The translations under genes and the position numbers were made by a program. Under the pieces are notes generated by a model. The model made no database searches and was not told where the DNA came from. It saw only the letters and a program-made list of their open reading frames with translations. A DNA stretch of 64,000 nucleotides. It comes from the human T2T-CHM13v2.0 reference genome, Homo sapiens. The DNA is taken from NCBI RefSeq assembly GCF_009914755.1, contig NC_060947.1. One strand, 5' to 3'. Shown one piece after another: positions 25,748 to 40,082 of this stretch (positions are counted from its first letter, which is position 1; each line of letters begins with the position of its first letter).

Positions 25748-26649
25748 TCTGTTATTTCCCTTCTATATCTCCTAACATATTTTAAGCTATTTGCATCAAT
25801 CTTATGTTTGCTATTAATTATCAGATGTATAGGCATTAAATATAGCACTGAAAACAAACTAAGATATAATAATCTATGTCATCCTAATATTTCTCTAAGT
25901 AGTATAGTCAAAGATTGCTTCCAGTAGTAGTATTGCTGCTGGGTTAGGTTGGGGTAGAACAAAGTAAGGTAGTTCTATGGGGTCTGTCCTCTCTTATTAA
26001 GCAGTTTAGCAATGCAACTTATATAATAGGTTAGTAGCCAAGCAAGACTTATGCAGTCATTGGGGTGTACACTTTCAACTAAACCTTCAATAGCTCCTAA
26101 TGCTGCAGTTAGTTCATAAACGTAAGGAGCAGAAAGGTGGCAGTGGCGCCTAGATTCTACAAAGTCTGGTCTGAAATTCCAGTCCATGCCTGCCTGTATG
26201 GGCCAGTCTGCTTGAGCTAATTCCTGAAGGAAATCTGGTGAAGGGGCTCTGAAAGCTATAGGTGGCGAACATGAGGCTGAAGCTTAAAAGGAAGGAGGGC
26301 AAGGCGGGATATACATGGATGATGGAGATCCTGGAGAGGCTAAGTCCATATGCTGGGGATGCATTATAGCTGTCAGTCTGCAAATTATTAATCAAATAAT
26401 ATACTTAACAAGCAGATAGTGAAATTTGTAAATTTTCTGCTGTGAGGGGTGTGTGTGCTTGTGTTAGTTTGATTTATCTGGTTACAGTCTCCCTGGTGGC
26501 AATATAAGTAATAACAAGGCAGTAAAGTTACTATGATGGCTAATATGAGGTGAATGAGAAAGTTGATAAGACCAGTTGAGAAGCTACACAAATTTGTAGC
26601 CATCTTGATGTCCTAAGTGAGTAAAGTATTTAATTATTCCAGTGATAGC

Positions 26650-30239
<3,590 letters not shown>

Positions 30240-30240
<1 letters not shown>

Positions 30241-32100
30241 TTCATACCCAGGGGGTTTCTCATTTGTTGAGAAACATTTTCTTGCAACATTTTTCTGTTG
30301 TTGTTGCTGTTTTTGACATTGTGAGTTTGGCCCTGGACCTCGGGAGGTCCATTATTTTGGACCTTATTTTGGTATCTGGCTGGTGGCCTTAGATGGCCCT
30401 GTTGCCAGTGTTGGAAATAAGAACTTGGAGTCACAAAGAAAACGAGCACTCGAACAAAGGATTTCTCAGCAAGGTAAATTTACTTCTGCAGAAGGGTGCT
30501 GCTTGCACCTCTGGCCACTACGAGAGCACACTGAACAAAGGAGGGAAGGGGTTTTTATCCCTAACACACTCCCTACCTCTGTGTCACTCCCCCATGGGCT
30601 GGGGTCAGACCGCACAATCTAAGCTGACTTGATTGGCTATTTGTGAATATTTTCCCAAATAAGGGAAGGGAAGGGGGATGTGAGTTACAGGCTGGGACTG
30701 GTGGTTTTGGCGGGAAGAATAGTTGCAGTTGCAGAGTGGGTAACCAAGGGAACAGGTGTGAATTATTGATTAGAACTGGCTGGAAGGTTGTTTACTGTAA
30801 CTAGGGGCAAGGAGGCACAAAGAATGAGGAAGTTAGGCTTTGAAAATAGAGAACAAAGAACAAAGAAGTTGACCAAGCTGACTTTTTGAAGAGGAACTTA
30901 CTGTACCTAACACCAGTTTGGTCCTTGTGGCCTTAGTTGCCAGTTATTTTGCCTGGGTTGCCAACTTGTCTGCCTTGGTTTATTTTTCCAAGGTCCTCCA
31001 GGTCTGTTTTGAATAAACATTCAGACTTATGTATTAAATGTAAAGAATTTTGGTGCCTTCCTGAGATTATCTCTTGGTGTTTTTTTAAATCAGGTTTGCC
31101 ATAAATGTTACCTTGTGAGTTCCTGATAATTCGGCAGAAAGTTGAAAATTTTCTAGTATACTTTCTATGGTTCTTCATGCTGAGAGAGAATTAATGTAGG
31201 AGACTTTTAGGTTAGGTGGTGCTCCTATAAGTGCTCTTTCAATTTCATTTGTAGCTGGAATTTCAGATGGAATGGTATATTGATTATATCCATCATTTAT
31301 AATTCCTAAGATAGATAATTTTCTTGTATCCTTTTGTGCCTGTGTTAGATCAGTCCATTTAAGTCCATCACCAAATTTTGTTGGGTTTAAATATTGGGTA
31401 GATAGATATCAGGCTAATGTAATCCAGTCCCAGATGGATAGGACACATGTTGGATAATTTGTTGTTAGTTCTAATAATTTCTGATTTAGTGATGGGTTTT
31501 CTGCTAATGTTTTGATCTGATGCATTTCTGTGCCTGATAGTGCTGTGGTGTTTGCTTCATTATTGCATAATGGAAGGAGTCAGTCTGCATCTGTGGTCTG
31601 TCTTTGGCAAAAATTTATTCTTAGTTTTTGTAATTCTGCTGTGGTGTATTCTCTGTCCTCACTGATGTCCTGAGGTCTGCCATTTCCACTGTTATAATCT
31701 ATAACTCTTTTTGTAGTTATTATAGGTCTTGCTGCATATATCCCACCCACCTCTGGGATCATTATATTCTCCTAGGTCCACTAGTTGGGGGTCCTTAGGA
31801 CCCAGGGGTTCCTCCTTAAAAGTTACATCTGAAAGGGATTTACTTTTCCTTAAAATTCTGTGAGCTAGCTCTTTGGCTTTCTGAGGACCCCTGTATATCT
31901 GTGAGCTACTTTGCATTAAAAGTGCAGGAATTTCTTCAAAAGCCTAGCTCTTGGGAGCATTGAAATGTAAGCTCAGAGTTACATTTTCGAATCTTGGGAA
32001 GAGGCTTGTCAGACACATTGTTTGCTTTCTGCTGAGATAAGGAATGTATCACTCTGCCAGAGTATGACTTTTTACAGATTATTAAATAAAGTTGTGTATG
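30240..32100 (-). pseudogene. gag: gag remnant, HERV-S/ERV-L-like
   Basis: REYTTAELQKLRINFCQRQ..LLPLCNNEANTTALSGTEMHQIKTLAENPSL matches the class III Gag pattern RxYTxxEL..RQ..WLLRLWDxGA..EM..L..PSL. Boundaries approximate. Confidence 0.7.
30409..30912 (-). mobile_element. LTR10-family (HERV-I group) solo LTR inserted in gag
   Basis: Minus strand TGTTAGGTACAGTAAGTTCCTCTTCAAA...CTTATTTCCAACA. 4-bp TSD CCAG at 30405-30408 and 30913-30916. Confidence 0.85.
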
Positions 32101-32768
32101 TCTCAAAAAAAGTGCAGGGATTTCTTCTCTGGGGGCTCTGGTAATTAAAGGCTTAACATTTTGTCAGGTCCCTCAAGTCTGACCATACATCCTTGGGGGA
32201 TCCTACAGGGACTCTTTCTGACTTCCAACTCTGTTGGGTACCAAGGACTCTCAACACTAAGTACTGTATTTGGGCGATGAGCCCTCTGGCATGCCTGCTT
32301 AATTTTCTTAACTAGAACCCACATTATGCCATATTAGTAGCTACTTTATATAGTTTCTTAATAATATTTCAATTTCCCACCTTAACCGACTGTCTGAGTG
32401 GAGGTTATGTAATAATTGACTTTCTTTTGGCCAAATTAAAAATTTGTTTTGCCAGTCAGCATCCCATAAATTGAGACCTGCTTGATGTGAGCATTCCTGG
32501 CTCCCCCAGCTTCCTAGCTTGGCATCAACCAAGACCTTGTCAGCCGTTGGATCTTCACAACTTGAGCAAGTTGTCTTATCACCCAAGGTTTTCCTCAAGT
32601 AGCCAGGCTTTCAAGGTGAGGCGAGATTATGTCTGCTGTCAGAGAGCATGGCAGTTTGTTTTGTCAAATGGCGTGATTTCCAATGGAAGTTTTAGTGGGG
32701 GCTTTGGCCTTAAAATTGAGTACACCAATTATGCCAAGTAAGCCAACTGTGCCAGTTGTGCCCAGTAA

Positions 32769-32781
32769 GCTGACTATGCCA
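32769..32781 (-). other. primer binding site, tRNA-Ser-like
   Basis: TGGCATAGTCAGC, 3 nt after the 5' LTR; equals TGGCGTAGTCGGC (complement of the tRNA-Ser 3' end) after two CpG-type transitions. Confidence 0.75.
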
Positions 32782-32784
32782 GCT

Positions 32785-33334
32785 TATCATGAGAAGTACT
32801 GGATTAGAAATAACCAGGTCCATGCATGCTTGTGTCTTTCAACAATATCAGGTTTTTATTGATGCTATCCAATCACAAAAGCCATGAACTACATGGAGTT
32901 CCCAAGGAGACGCTTCCCCTTAGTTCTTCCTGTTCACTTAGTAGTCAGAGCCACAGGCACACAAGCTTAAGCCACTCCACAAGTCAGTCAGTATTGCAAA
33001 CCATACATAACAGTATGCCAAATCAATATGCAAGTGTTATAGGTTAAACACTCCACAACAAACAAAGTAAAATTTACCATCAAGAAGAAAAAGAGATAAG
33101 ATAAAGGATTAAGGAATCTGTCTAGGTGGAATGAAGAAGACAAAAGGAATCCTGGTCTGGGCCAGCCAGTCAATTGGTCTTGCAAGGAAGAGTGTTTGTG
33201 GTGGCAGAGCCTTTGGCAGCAGATGCCAAGTTCTTATCATAAATGACTGCAAGAAGGTATCAGTGAAGATGGCTGTTTTGAGCTGCTGAAGGTGTAAACT
33301 TTTATAGTCACAGAGTCCTCTGGTGAGAACTGAT
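32785..33334 (-). mobile_element. 5' LTR, LTR47-like, U3 start deleted
   Basis: Colinear with 19880-20438, e.g. shared aagccactccacaagtcagtcagtattgcaaaccatacataacagtatgc. Homology stops at 33334, about 165 bp short of the full LTR. Confidence 0.88.
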
Positions 33335-33339
33335 TTGAG

Positions 33340-33431
33340 TGTGAAATGTGAGTGGGTGAGGAAGATTAGCATACAGGCCTTAACCAAGAAGAAATGGACA
33401 AGAATCTTCTCAGCCTGATAGGCCTGTGGTT
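33340..33431 (+). pseudogene. PAGE/XAGE-like exon 2 (first coding exon)
   Basis: ag|tgtgaaatGTG, ATG>GTG at 33348. Reads (V)SG*GRLAYRP*PRRNGQESSQ, then frameshift, IGPVV. Donor gtgcgt. Compare GAGE MSWRGRSTYRPRPRR and PAGE2 GNDQESSQPVGSVI. Confidence 0.85.
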
Positions 33432-33780
33432 GTGCGTACTTTAACATTTGATATTTTCTATTAGCTGAAATTTCTTTTTGTAATAGTGTTGTTGAACTAG
33501 TATAGATACACTGATAAAGATCTTCCATGCTGATAAAAAATGATCATGGCATCTCATGAAGGAAAGACTAATCTAAGAGGATTATGTTCTGGCTTTGCCT
33601 AGATGAATGATCTTGTGTTTCCCAGATTTTGCCCATGACTCCCTCCTCATGCTTATTGATAACAGATTGCACACATCTATCCCAACAGAGGTTAAAATGA
33701 CTTCTAAAACCCTTGAGGGTGTCTCTGTCTTAGAGTAACCTCTCCATGGGAAGAGTAACTTTATGAAGAATAAGTATATG

Positions 33781-35163
33781 TTTTGTGGGATCTATGGGGT
33801 GTTGCTTTTCTGGCCAGAAACCTCTGCGGCTGGTGGCATCTTTGCCCAAGTTCTTGTCTTGTGTCCAGGAAGAAGGAGGTAGGCAGACAAGTGGAGAGTG
33901 AGCAAGATGAAAAAGAGCTTTATTGAGTGTTAGAACAGCTCAGAGGAGACCTGCAGTGTGTAGCTCCTCTCTGTACGTAGTTCCTCCTATCATACAGTGT
34001 TCAGCTCTCAGCAAAGAGGAGGCCTGGAGTGAGTGGCTCCTCTCTGCAGACAGGTCGTCCTGATGAGTGTTCACCTCTCAGCATAGAGGGTGGCTCCTTT
34101 CTGCAGCTTGTCATCCTGTTGTCTGCAGCTCTCAGCAGAGAGAAGGCTCTGAAGAGGGTAGCTCCCCTCTGCAACTGGTCGTCCTGAAGTCTGCTGCTCT
34201 GGCAGAATCTGGGGTTTGTATGGGCTTCAGGGAGAAAGTGCATGCTGATTGGTCCATGGGCAGCCGTGGGCAGGCCTGGTAAAAAGCACCATGAGTTCCC
34301 CCTCCAGTCCGCAGGAATGGCAGCCTGGATCCCAGGCTTCAGGCCTTTCCGGGCCTAAAGGTGGCGTTTCACCAGGGACCCCCCTTCTGCCCAGAAGCCT
34401 GTCGGACTCCTACCACCATTCATGGCTCCCAGACTGTTTGTGCCAAGGGCTGCCTGCAGGCCAGTGCTGAACTTCCTTCCGCCCCCCGACTCCATTTCCC
34501 TCCTGTGTTCATTGGTGCCCAAAGCCTGGGGGACTCAGGCAAAAGGTGTCTGGCAGGTCAGCACTACCCTGAGCGTGCATCCACCCAGCCGGGCTGTGAC
34601 AGTGCCCAGGCGGCCCCAACCTTGCTCCACAATCAGAGCGGGCACTGGGAGTAGGGAGAGGCCAGGCAGTGGGAACAGGCACTTCTGAGCGGGGGAACAG
34701 GGGCCGTCCAGGGCTCCCAAGAGCACAGATATGCCTAGGTCCAAAGCCGAGCTCGGCAGGCTGCAGCTGCACCTGGGCAGCTCCCGTCCCACCAACTTGG
34801 AAGAGGCGAGGCTCCTGCTTGTCCCTGGCTCCCACTTGTCCTTGGCTCCCACCAGTTTCATGCAGTGTGCAGCCCCGGCCATGCCTCTGAGATCGGAGTG
34901 GACGCTGACAGTGCGGAGAAACCAGGCAGTAGGAGCAGGCACTTCCAAACCTGCCGGGGAGGCACTTCCAAACCTGCCGGGGGGCGCCTTTCCTTGGCCC
35001 CCTAGAGCCCAGAGACACCCAGATCTGGAGCCACAGTAGAGCAGCTGCAGCCATACAGGGGGCAGGGCTCCTGCCTGCTCTGTGGAACAGGAGGCCGGGC
35101 CGTGCTGCAGCCAGTATGATGGCAGCTGCTGCTCCAGATGGGCCACCCCTGCCCCTGCCATCA
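33781..35163 (-). mobile_element. MER52-family solo LTR in pseudogene intron 2
   Basis: Minus strand starts TGATGGCAGGGGCAGGGGTGGCCCATCTGGAGCAGCAGCTGCC; GC-rich; TSD tatg at 33777-33780 and 35164-35167. Confidence 0.85.
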
Positions 35164-35312
35164 TATGGAATCATGTTGGAGAAATGTCTTTAGACTTACT
35201 TAGGATTAGAAATATCTATATATTCTGTATACTTATATTATTGACATGTATTAATAACAAAACTTTTTATTTGCGCACACACGCGTGCGGGCACACATAC
35301 ATACAACGCTAG

Positions 35313-35361
35313 TCCCAGGAGCCAAGTGAGAGAGAAGATCAGGGTGCAGCTGAGATTTAAG
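35313..35361 (+). pseudogene. PAGE/XAGE-like exon 3, internally deleted
   Basis: ag|SQEPS-EREDQGAAEI*|gtgctgggaagg; compare XAGE2/3 ..REDDQGAAEIQ with the same donor context; preceded by a CA-rich acceptor region. Confidence 0.85.
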
Positions 35362-36479
35362 GTGCTGGGAAGGAAAAGAAGGAATGTCTGTGGTGGAGAG
35401 AGAGGAGGCCTATATGTTCATCATGCATTATGCCATAACTAGTAACAGGAGGAAAGAAAACATTAAGAAAGGATCTCAAACATTTCCTGAAAGTTGGCTG
35501 GAAAAGTGAAGAGTATAGTATGCAGTTTTGTGCAGTCCCTCACTATAAAGAATTTCCCTTTTTCCTTGAGACTTATTTTCTGTGTTTGAAAATACCTTTC
35601 TCATCAGTGTTCTATATTAGCAAATCCAAGAAAACAATGTTTAATATTAGTCATAAAATTGTGCACTATCTCTTAGTTATTGCATCAAAAACATAAGCAT
35701 CTTTTAATAAAACGTATAGCGTGCCAAGTCAACACACTTATAACACCTAGGATAAGGCCTGTTTACATGGCGTTTTTAACTCCTTTCTAAATGAGACAAC
35801 TCAGACTCTGAGATCGTGTCTTACTAAAGAGCACTTGACTGGTTGGGATAGATTGGTACTTCATTCCCTAAATAGTATTTTTCCCCTCTCTGTTTTTGTA
35901 AGTAAAAAGTGAATGGTTTTGCTTAAAATGCTTAATGATCAAATGTGTCTGCACTGTAAGGTAGCTCAGTACTGGCTCAGGAAAAGACACAGTTCAATGA
36001 AGAGACTCCAGAAAAGAGCTCAGTGAATGATGGCCATTGTCCTTTGGTTGATATTTTTTGCAGTAAATTTGGTAAAAGCTGGACAATTCAAGGTACTGAC
36101 CTATAAGTAGTTATATCACTATGACTTTAAGAGGCTTTTTAAAAGTTGTTTAAATACTTTCATAATTAGAAAAATCAAAAGTATCATAAGATTATCATGA
36201 AACAGAGATTATTTCCTCAAAATATAGTATTTCCAAACTAAACATTTACATAATTTGGTCCATGGATTATTTTAGCAATTCACTGTTAAGGAGTTTCCAA
36301 AACATGACTGACAACAATGCCCATTAATTTCTTCCCACCCTACTTCCTTATTCTCACTTCAAGACAGTAAATTCACTGTTAGTCACAATTAATTTTGCTA
36401 TTATTTCTGGTACTTTGTTTCACATAGGATTCATTTATGAAATGTTACTTATAGGGCTTTTGGACCTAAATATGACTTT

Positions 36480-39400
36480 TTAAAATTTTTAATTTTTGTG
36501 GGTACATAGTAGGTGCATATATTTGGGGGGTATATAGAATATTTTGATACAGGCATACAATATGTAATAATCACATCAGGATAAATGGGGTATCCATCAC
36601 CTTAAGCATTTATCCTTTGTGTTACAAACAATCTGGTTATACTCTTTTAGTTATTTTTAAAATGCCATTACATTATTATTGACTATAGTCACCCTGTTGT
36701 AATGTCAAATACTAGATCCTTTTTATTCTTTCTAACTTATTTTATTTAACATAATGACCTCCAGCTCCATCTATGTTACTGCAAATGACAGGATTTCATT
36801 TATTTTTATGGCTGAATAGTATTCCATTGTGTATATATACCATATTTTCTTTATCCATTTGTCCATTGATGGACACTTAGTTTGACTCCATATCTTGGCC
36901 ATTGTGAATACTGCTGCAATAAACATCGACATGCAGGTATCTCTTCTATATACTGATTTCCTTCCTTTTGGATATATACCCAGTATTCAGAATGCTGGAT
37001 CATATGGTAGATCTATTTTTTCTATTTTGAGTAACCTCCATACTGTTTTCCGTAGTGGAAATTTGCATGCCCACCAGCAGTGTACCAGCATTCCCCTTAG
37101 TCTGTATCCTCTCTAACATCTGCTATTTTGTGTCTTTTTGATAATAGCCATTTTAACTGGGATGAGATGATATCTCACTGTGGTTTTAATATGCATTTCT
37201 CTGAAGATTGTGATGGCAGTGGCAGCCCATCTGGAGTGGCTGCTGTGAAAACACTGGCTGCAACAGGGAAGGCTCAGCAATGGCTGTGCACTCCCTGGAG
37301 CTGGTTGGTGCTGGGAATGGGCAGGAGCCTTGCTCCCTCAGGCCCCTCTGGACTTTGGGCACTGATGAGAGTGGGAGGGAGGCCAGGGGTGCTGAGGGTG
37401 GCTTGGTGCAGGCCTGCAGCACCAAACAGTCCCCTCTGCACAAACAGCCTGGGAAGCATTGATGGCATGTTGATGGCAGTAGGAGGCAGACAGGTTCCTG
37501 GGCAGAAAGGGGCAGGTCTGTTGTGAAGTCCCACTTTCAAGCCATGGGTGGCCTGAATGAAGCCTGCGGGCCAAGCTGCCTGTTCTGGGTGGAGTCTGTG
37601 GCCTGGAATGAAAACTTATGGAGCTTTTTCTGGGCCTGCCCATGACTGCCCATGAACCAGTCTGCACATGCTTCCTCCCTTCTAAGCCCATAAAAACCCC
37701 AGACTCAGCCAGACTCATACAGACATCAGGACTACCTGCCTGCGGAAAGGAGCTACCCACTATAGAACTCCTCTCCACTGAGAGCTGGACACTCATTGGG
37801 ACAACCTGTGTGCAGATAGGAGCTACCACTCCAGATCTTCTCTCTGGTGAGGGCTGCACTTGTCAGGTCTACCTACCTGCAGAAAGGAGCTACCCACTAT
37901 GGGTCTCCTCTCTTCTGACAGCTGGACACTTGTTGGGATGACCTGCCTGTAGAAAGGAGCTGCCCACCCTGGGTCTCCTTGCTGCTAGCTAGACACTTGT
38001 TGGACTTGTTGGGACAACCTGCCTGCGGATAGGAGCTACCCACTCCAGGTCTCCTCTCTGCTGAGGGCTGCACTCATCAGGACTACCTGCCTGTGGAAAG
38101 AAGCTACCCACTATGGGTCTCCCCTCCACTGAAAGCTGGAAACTCGTTGGGATGACCTGCCTGTAGAAAGGAGCTGCCCACCCTGGGTCTCCTTGCTGCT
38201 AGCTAGACTAGACACTTGTTGGGACAACCTGCCTGCGGATAAGAGCTACCCACTCCAGGTCTCCTCTCTGCTGAGGGTTGCACTCATCAGGACTACCTGC
38301 CTGTGGAAAGAAGCTACCCACTATGGGTCTCCTCTCCACTGAAAGCTGGAAACTCGTCAGGATGACCTGCTTGCAGAAAGGAGCTACCTACTTTGGGTCT
38401 CCTGAAAGCTGCTCTGTGGCTCAATAAAACTCCTCTCTGCCTTGCTCACCCTCTAGTTGTCTGTGTACCTTGTTATTCCTGGACATGGGACAAGAACTCA
38501 GGATCCACCCACTGAATGGCAGGACTGAAAAAGTTGTAACACAAACAGGGCTAAAACACGCCCTTCCACTTGCCACATTGTGGGTGACAAGAATGAGGGA
38601 AGAGTTGTGGCTCTTCGGGGAGCCCAGACCTAGGTGCTTTCCAAGCCAGGGCTATGACACCCTCTTTGGGGCTTGCAGTTTCTGGTATCTCCAAACTTCC
38701 AGGTGGCACTGTGTTCCCCTCATGCAGACACAGGTGCCTGCAGCAGAAGCCACTTCTGGTGCATCTGATCCAGTTGCAGGCTTGCATGGAGCTAGCACCT
38801 GTGCCAGTGACTGGCACTGCCTCCCCTGCTGCAGCAGCTGGCATGCCTGGCTGTGAACAGTGGCCGGACCCTGTGTTCACTTGCTCATGCACCCCTCACT
38901 GCTCTATGCCTGTCTTGCCCTTGGCAGGCCTGGAATCTGGACTGGTAGTGTGAGCTGAACACAGCCTCCCAGGCCGAATGGGCAGAGTGAGCCCCAGCAG
39001 ACCCAAGCAAAACTCGGACAAAAGCGCCATTGGCCACAGAGGTTTCCATCTGGAAATGTGACACCTGATGATCCTGTGACATTTTGTAATATTGAGCATT
39101 TTTTCATATTCCTGTTGGCTGTTGGTGTGTCTTTTTTTTGAGAAATTTCTATTCAGATCTTTGCCATTTTTAATTGGATTACTTGGTTTTGTTGCTATTG
39201 AGTTGTTTGAGTTTCTTATATATTCTGGTTATTAATTATTTGTCAGGTGGATAGTTTGCAAATATTTTCTCCAATTCTGTAGGTTGCCTTTTCACTCTGT
39301 TGACTGTTTCCTTTGCTGTGCAGAAGGTTTTTAGCTTGATATAATCCCATTTGTCTATTTGTGCTTTGGTTTTGCTTTTAAGGTCTTAAGCAAAAAATGT

Positions 39401-39935
39401 TTGCCCAGACCAATGTCTTGAAGCATTTTCCCAGTGTTTTCTTCTAGTATTTTCTTAGTTTCAAGTCTTATATTAAATTCTTTAATCCAACTTGAGTTGG
39501 CTTTTTTATATGGTAAGAGATAGGGGTCTAGTTTCATTTTTCTGCACTGGAATATCTAGTGTTCCCTGCACCACTTATTGAAGAAACTTTCCTTTCCCCA
39601 CCGAATGTTTTTGCTGCTTTCATGAAAAATCACTTGGCTTTAAATATGTGGATGTAAATCCAGATTCTCTATTCTGTTCCACTGGTCTGTGTGTGGCATG
39701 GTGTTATGCAAGCACCATGATGTTTTGGTTACTCTGGCTTTGTGGAATATTTTGAAGTCAGGTAGTGTGATGTTTCCAGCTTTTTTCTTTTTGCCCAGGA
39801 TGGCTTTGGCTATTTGGGGTCTTCTTTGGTTCCATATGAATTTTAGGATGTTTTTTTCATTTCTGTGAAGAATGTAATTGACATTTCAATAAAAATTGCC
39901 TTGAACTGTAGATCACTTTTGGTAGTTTGGTCACT
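36480..39935 (-). mobile_element. L1MA1/2-type element interrupted by MER52, in pseudogene intron 3
   Basis: L1MA 3' end (tttgtgggtacatagtagg...aataatcacatcaggataaatggggtatcc); ORF2 peptide [12 protein letters not shown] at 39355-39537. Confidence 0.85.
37211..39081 (+). mobile_element. MER52-family solo LTR with internal tandem repeats
   Basis: tgatggcagtggcagcccatctggagtggctgctg start; ~70-bp acctgcctg..gaaaggagctacccact units at 37730-38400; AATAAA ~38423; ends gatcctgtgaca. Confidence 0.87.
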
Positions 39936-39956
39936 GATAATCTTTTCATTTTTAAG

Positions 39957-40082
39957 GAACTGACCTGGAAGCCAATCTTGAGGAACTGTCTCAAATGATG
40001 AATGGAGGTAAACATGGATATGGTACTGATATAAAGGGGGAGTTTGTGTCAAATATAGAGCCTGCTTGAGTGCCAGGAGCAG
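39957..40082 (+). pseudogene. PAGE/XAGE-like exon 4
   Basis: 126-bp phase 1-1 exon reading GTDLEANLEELSQMMNGGKHGYGTDIKGEFVSNIEPA*VPGAG; compare XAGE PDLEADLQELSQ..GTDVKG..MPEAG. Donor GT>GC, then PAGE-type intron ttcattaagatgcaaaatt. Confidence 0.85.

Larger units (their letters stand above)
20715..26187 (-). pseudogene. env: large env-like glycoprotein gene remnant, interrupted by an LTR stack at 21085-22336
   Basis: Leader from 26187, hydrophobic LLYLSLFSVLYLMPIHLII, furin RRYRR (25759-25773), poly-Thr, several NxS/T sequons, RKPP|QLFAAIGIISNSVISG (23106-23047), two heptad-like stretches, Trp-rich segment, TM VVIFIVNILFAY. Many stops and frameshifts. Confidence 0.75.

Noticed and set aside
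34249-35174. Several long overlapping ORFs (up to 221 aa) on both strands
   Set aside because: All lie within the GC-rich MER52 LTR, where stop codons are rare; the same applies to ORFs at 37128-39107.
37730-38400. Regularly spaced repeats superficially like a CRISPR array
   Set aside because: Eukaryotic LTR-internal tandem repeat with no unique spacers and no cas genes.
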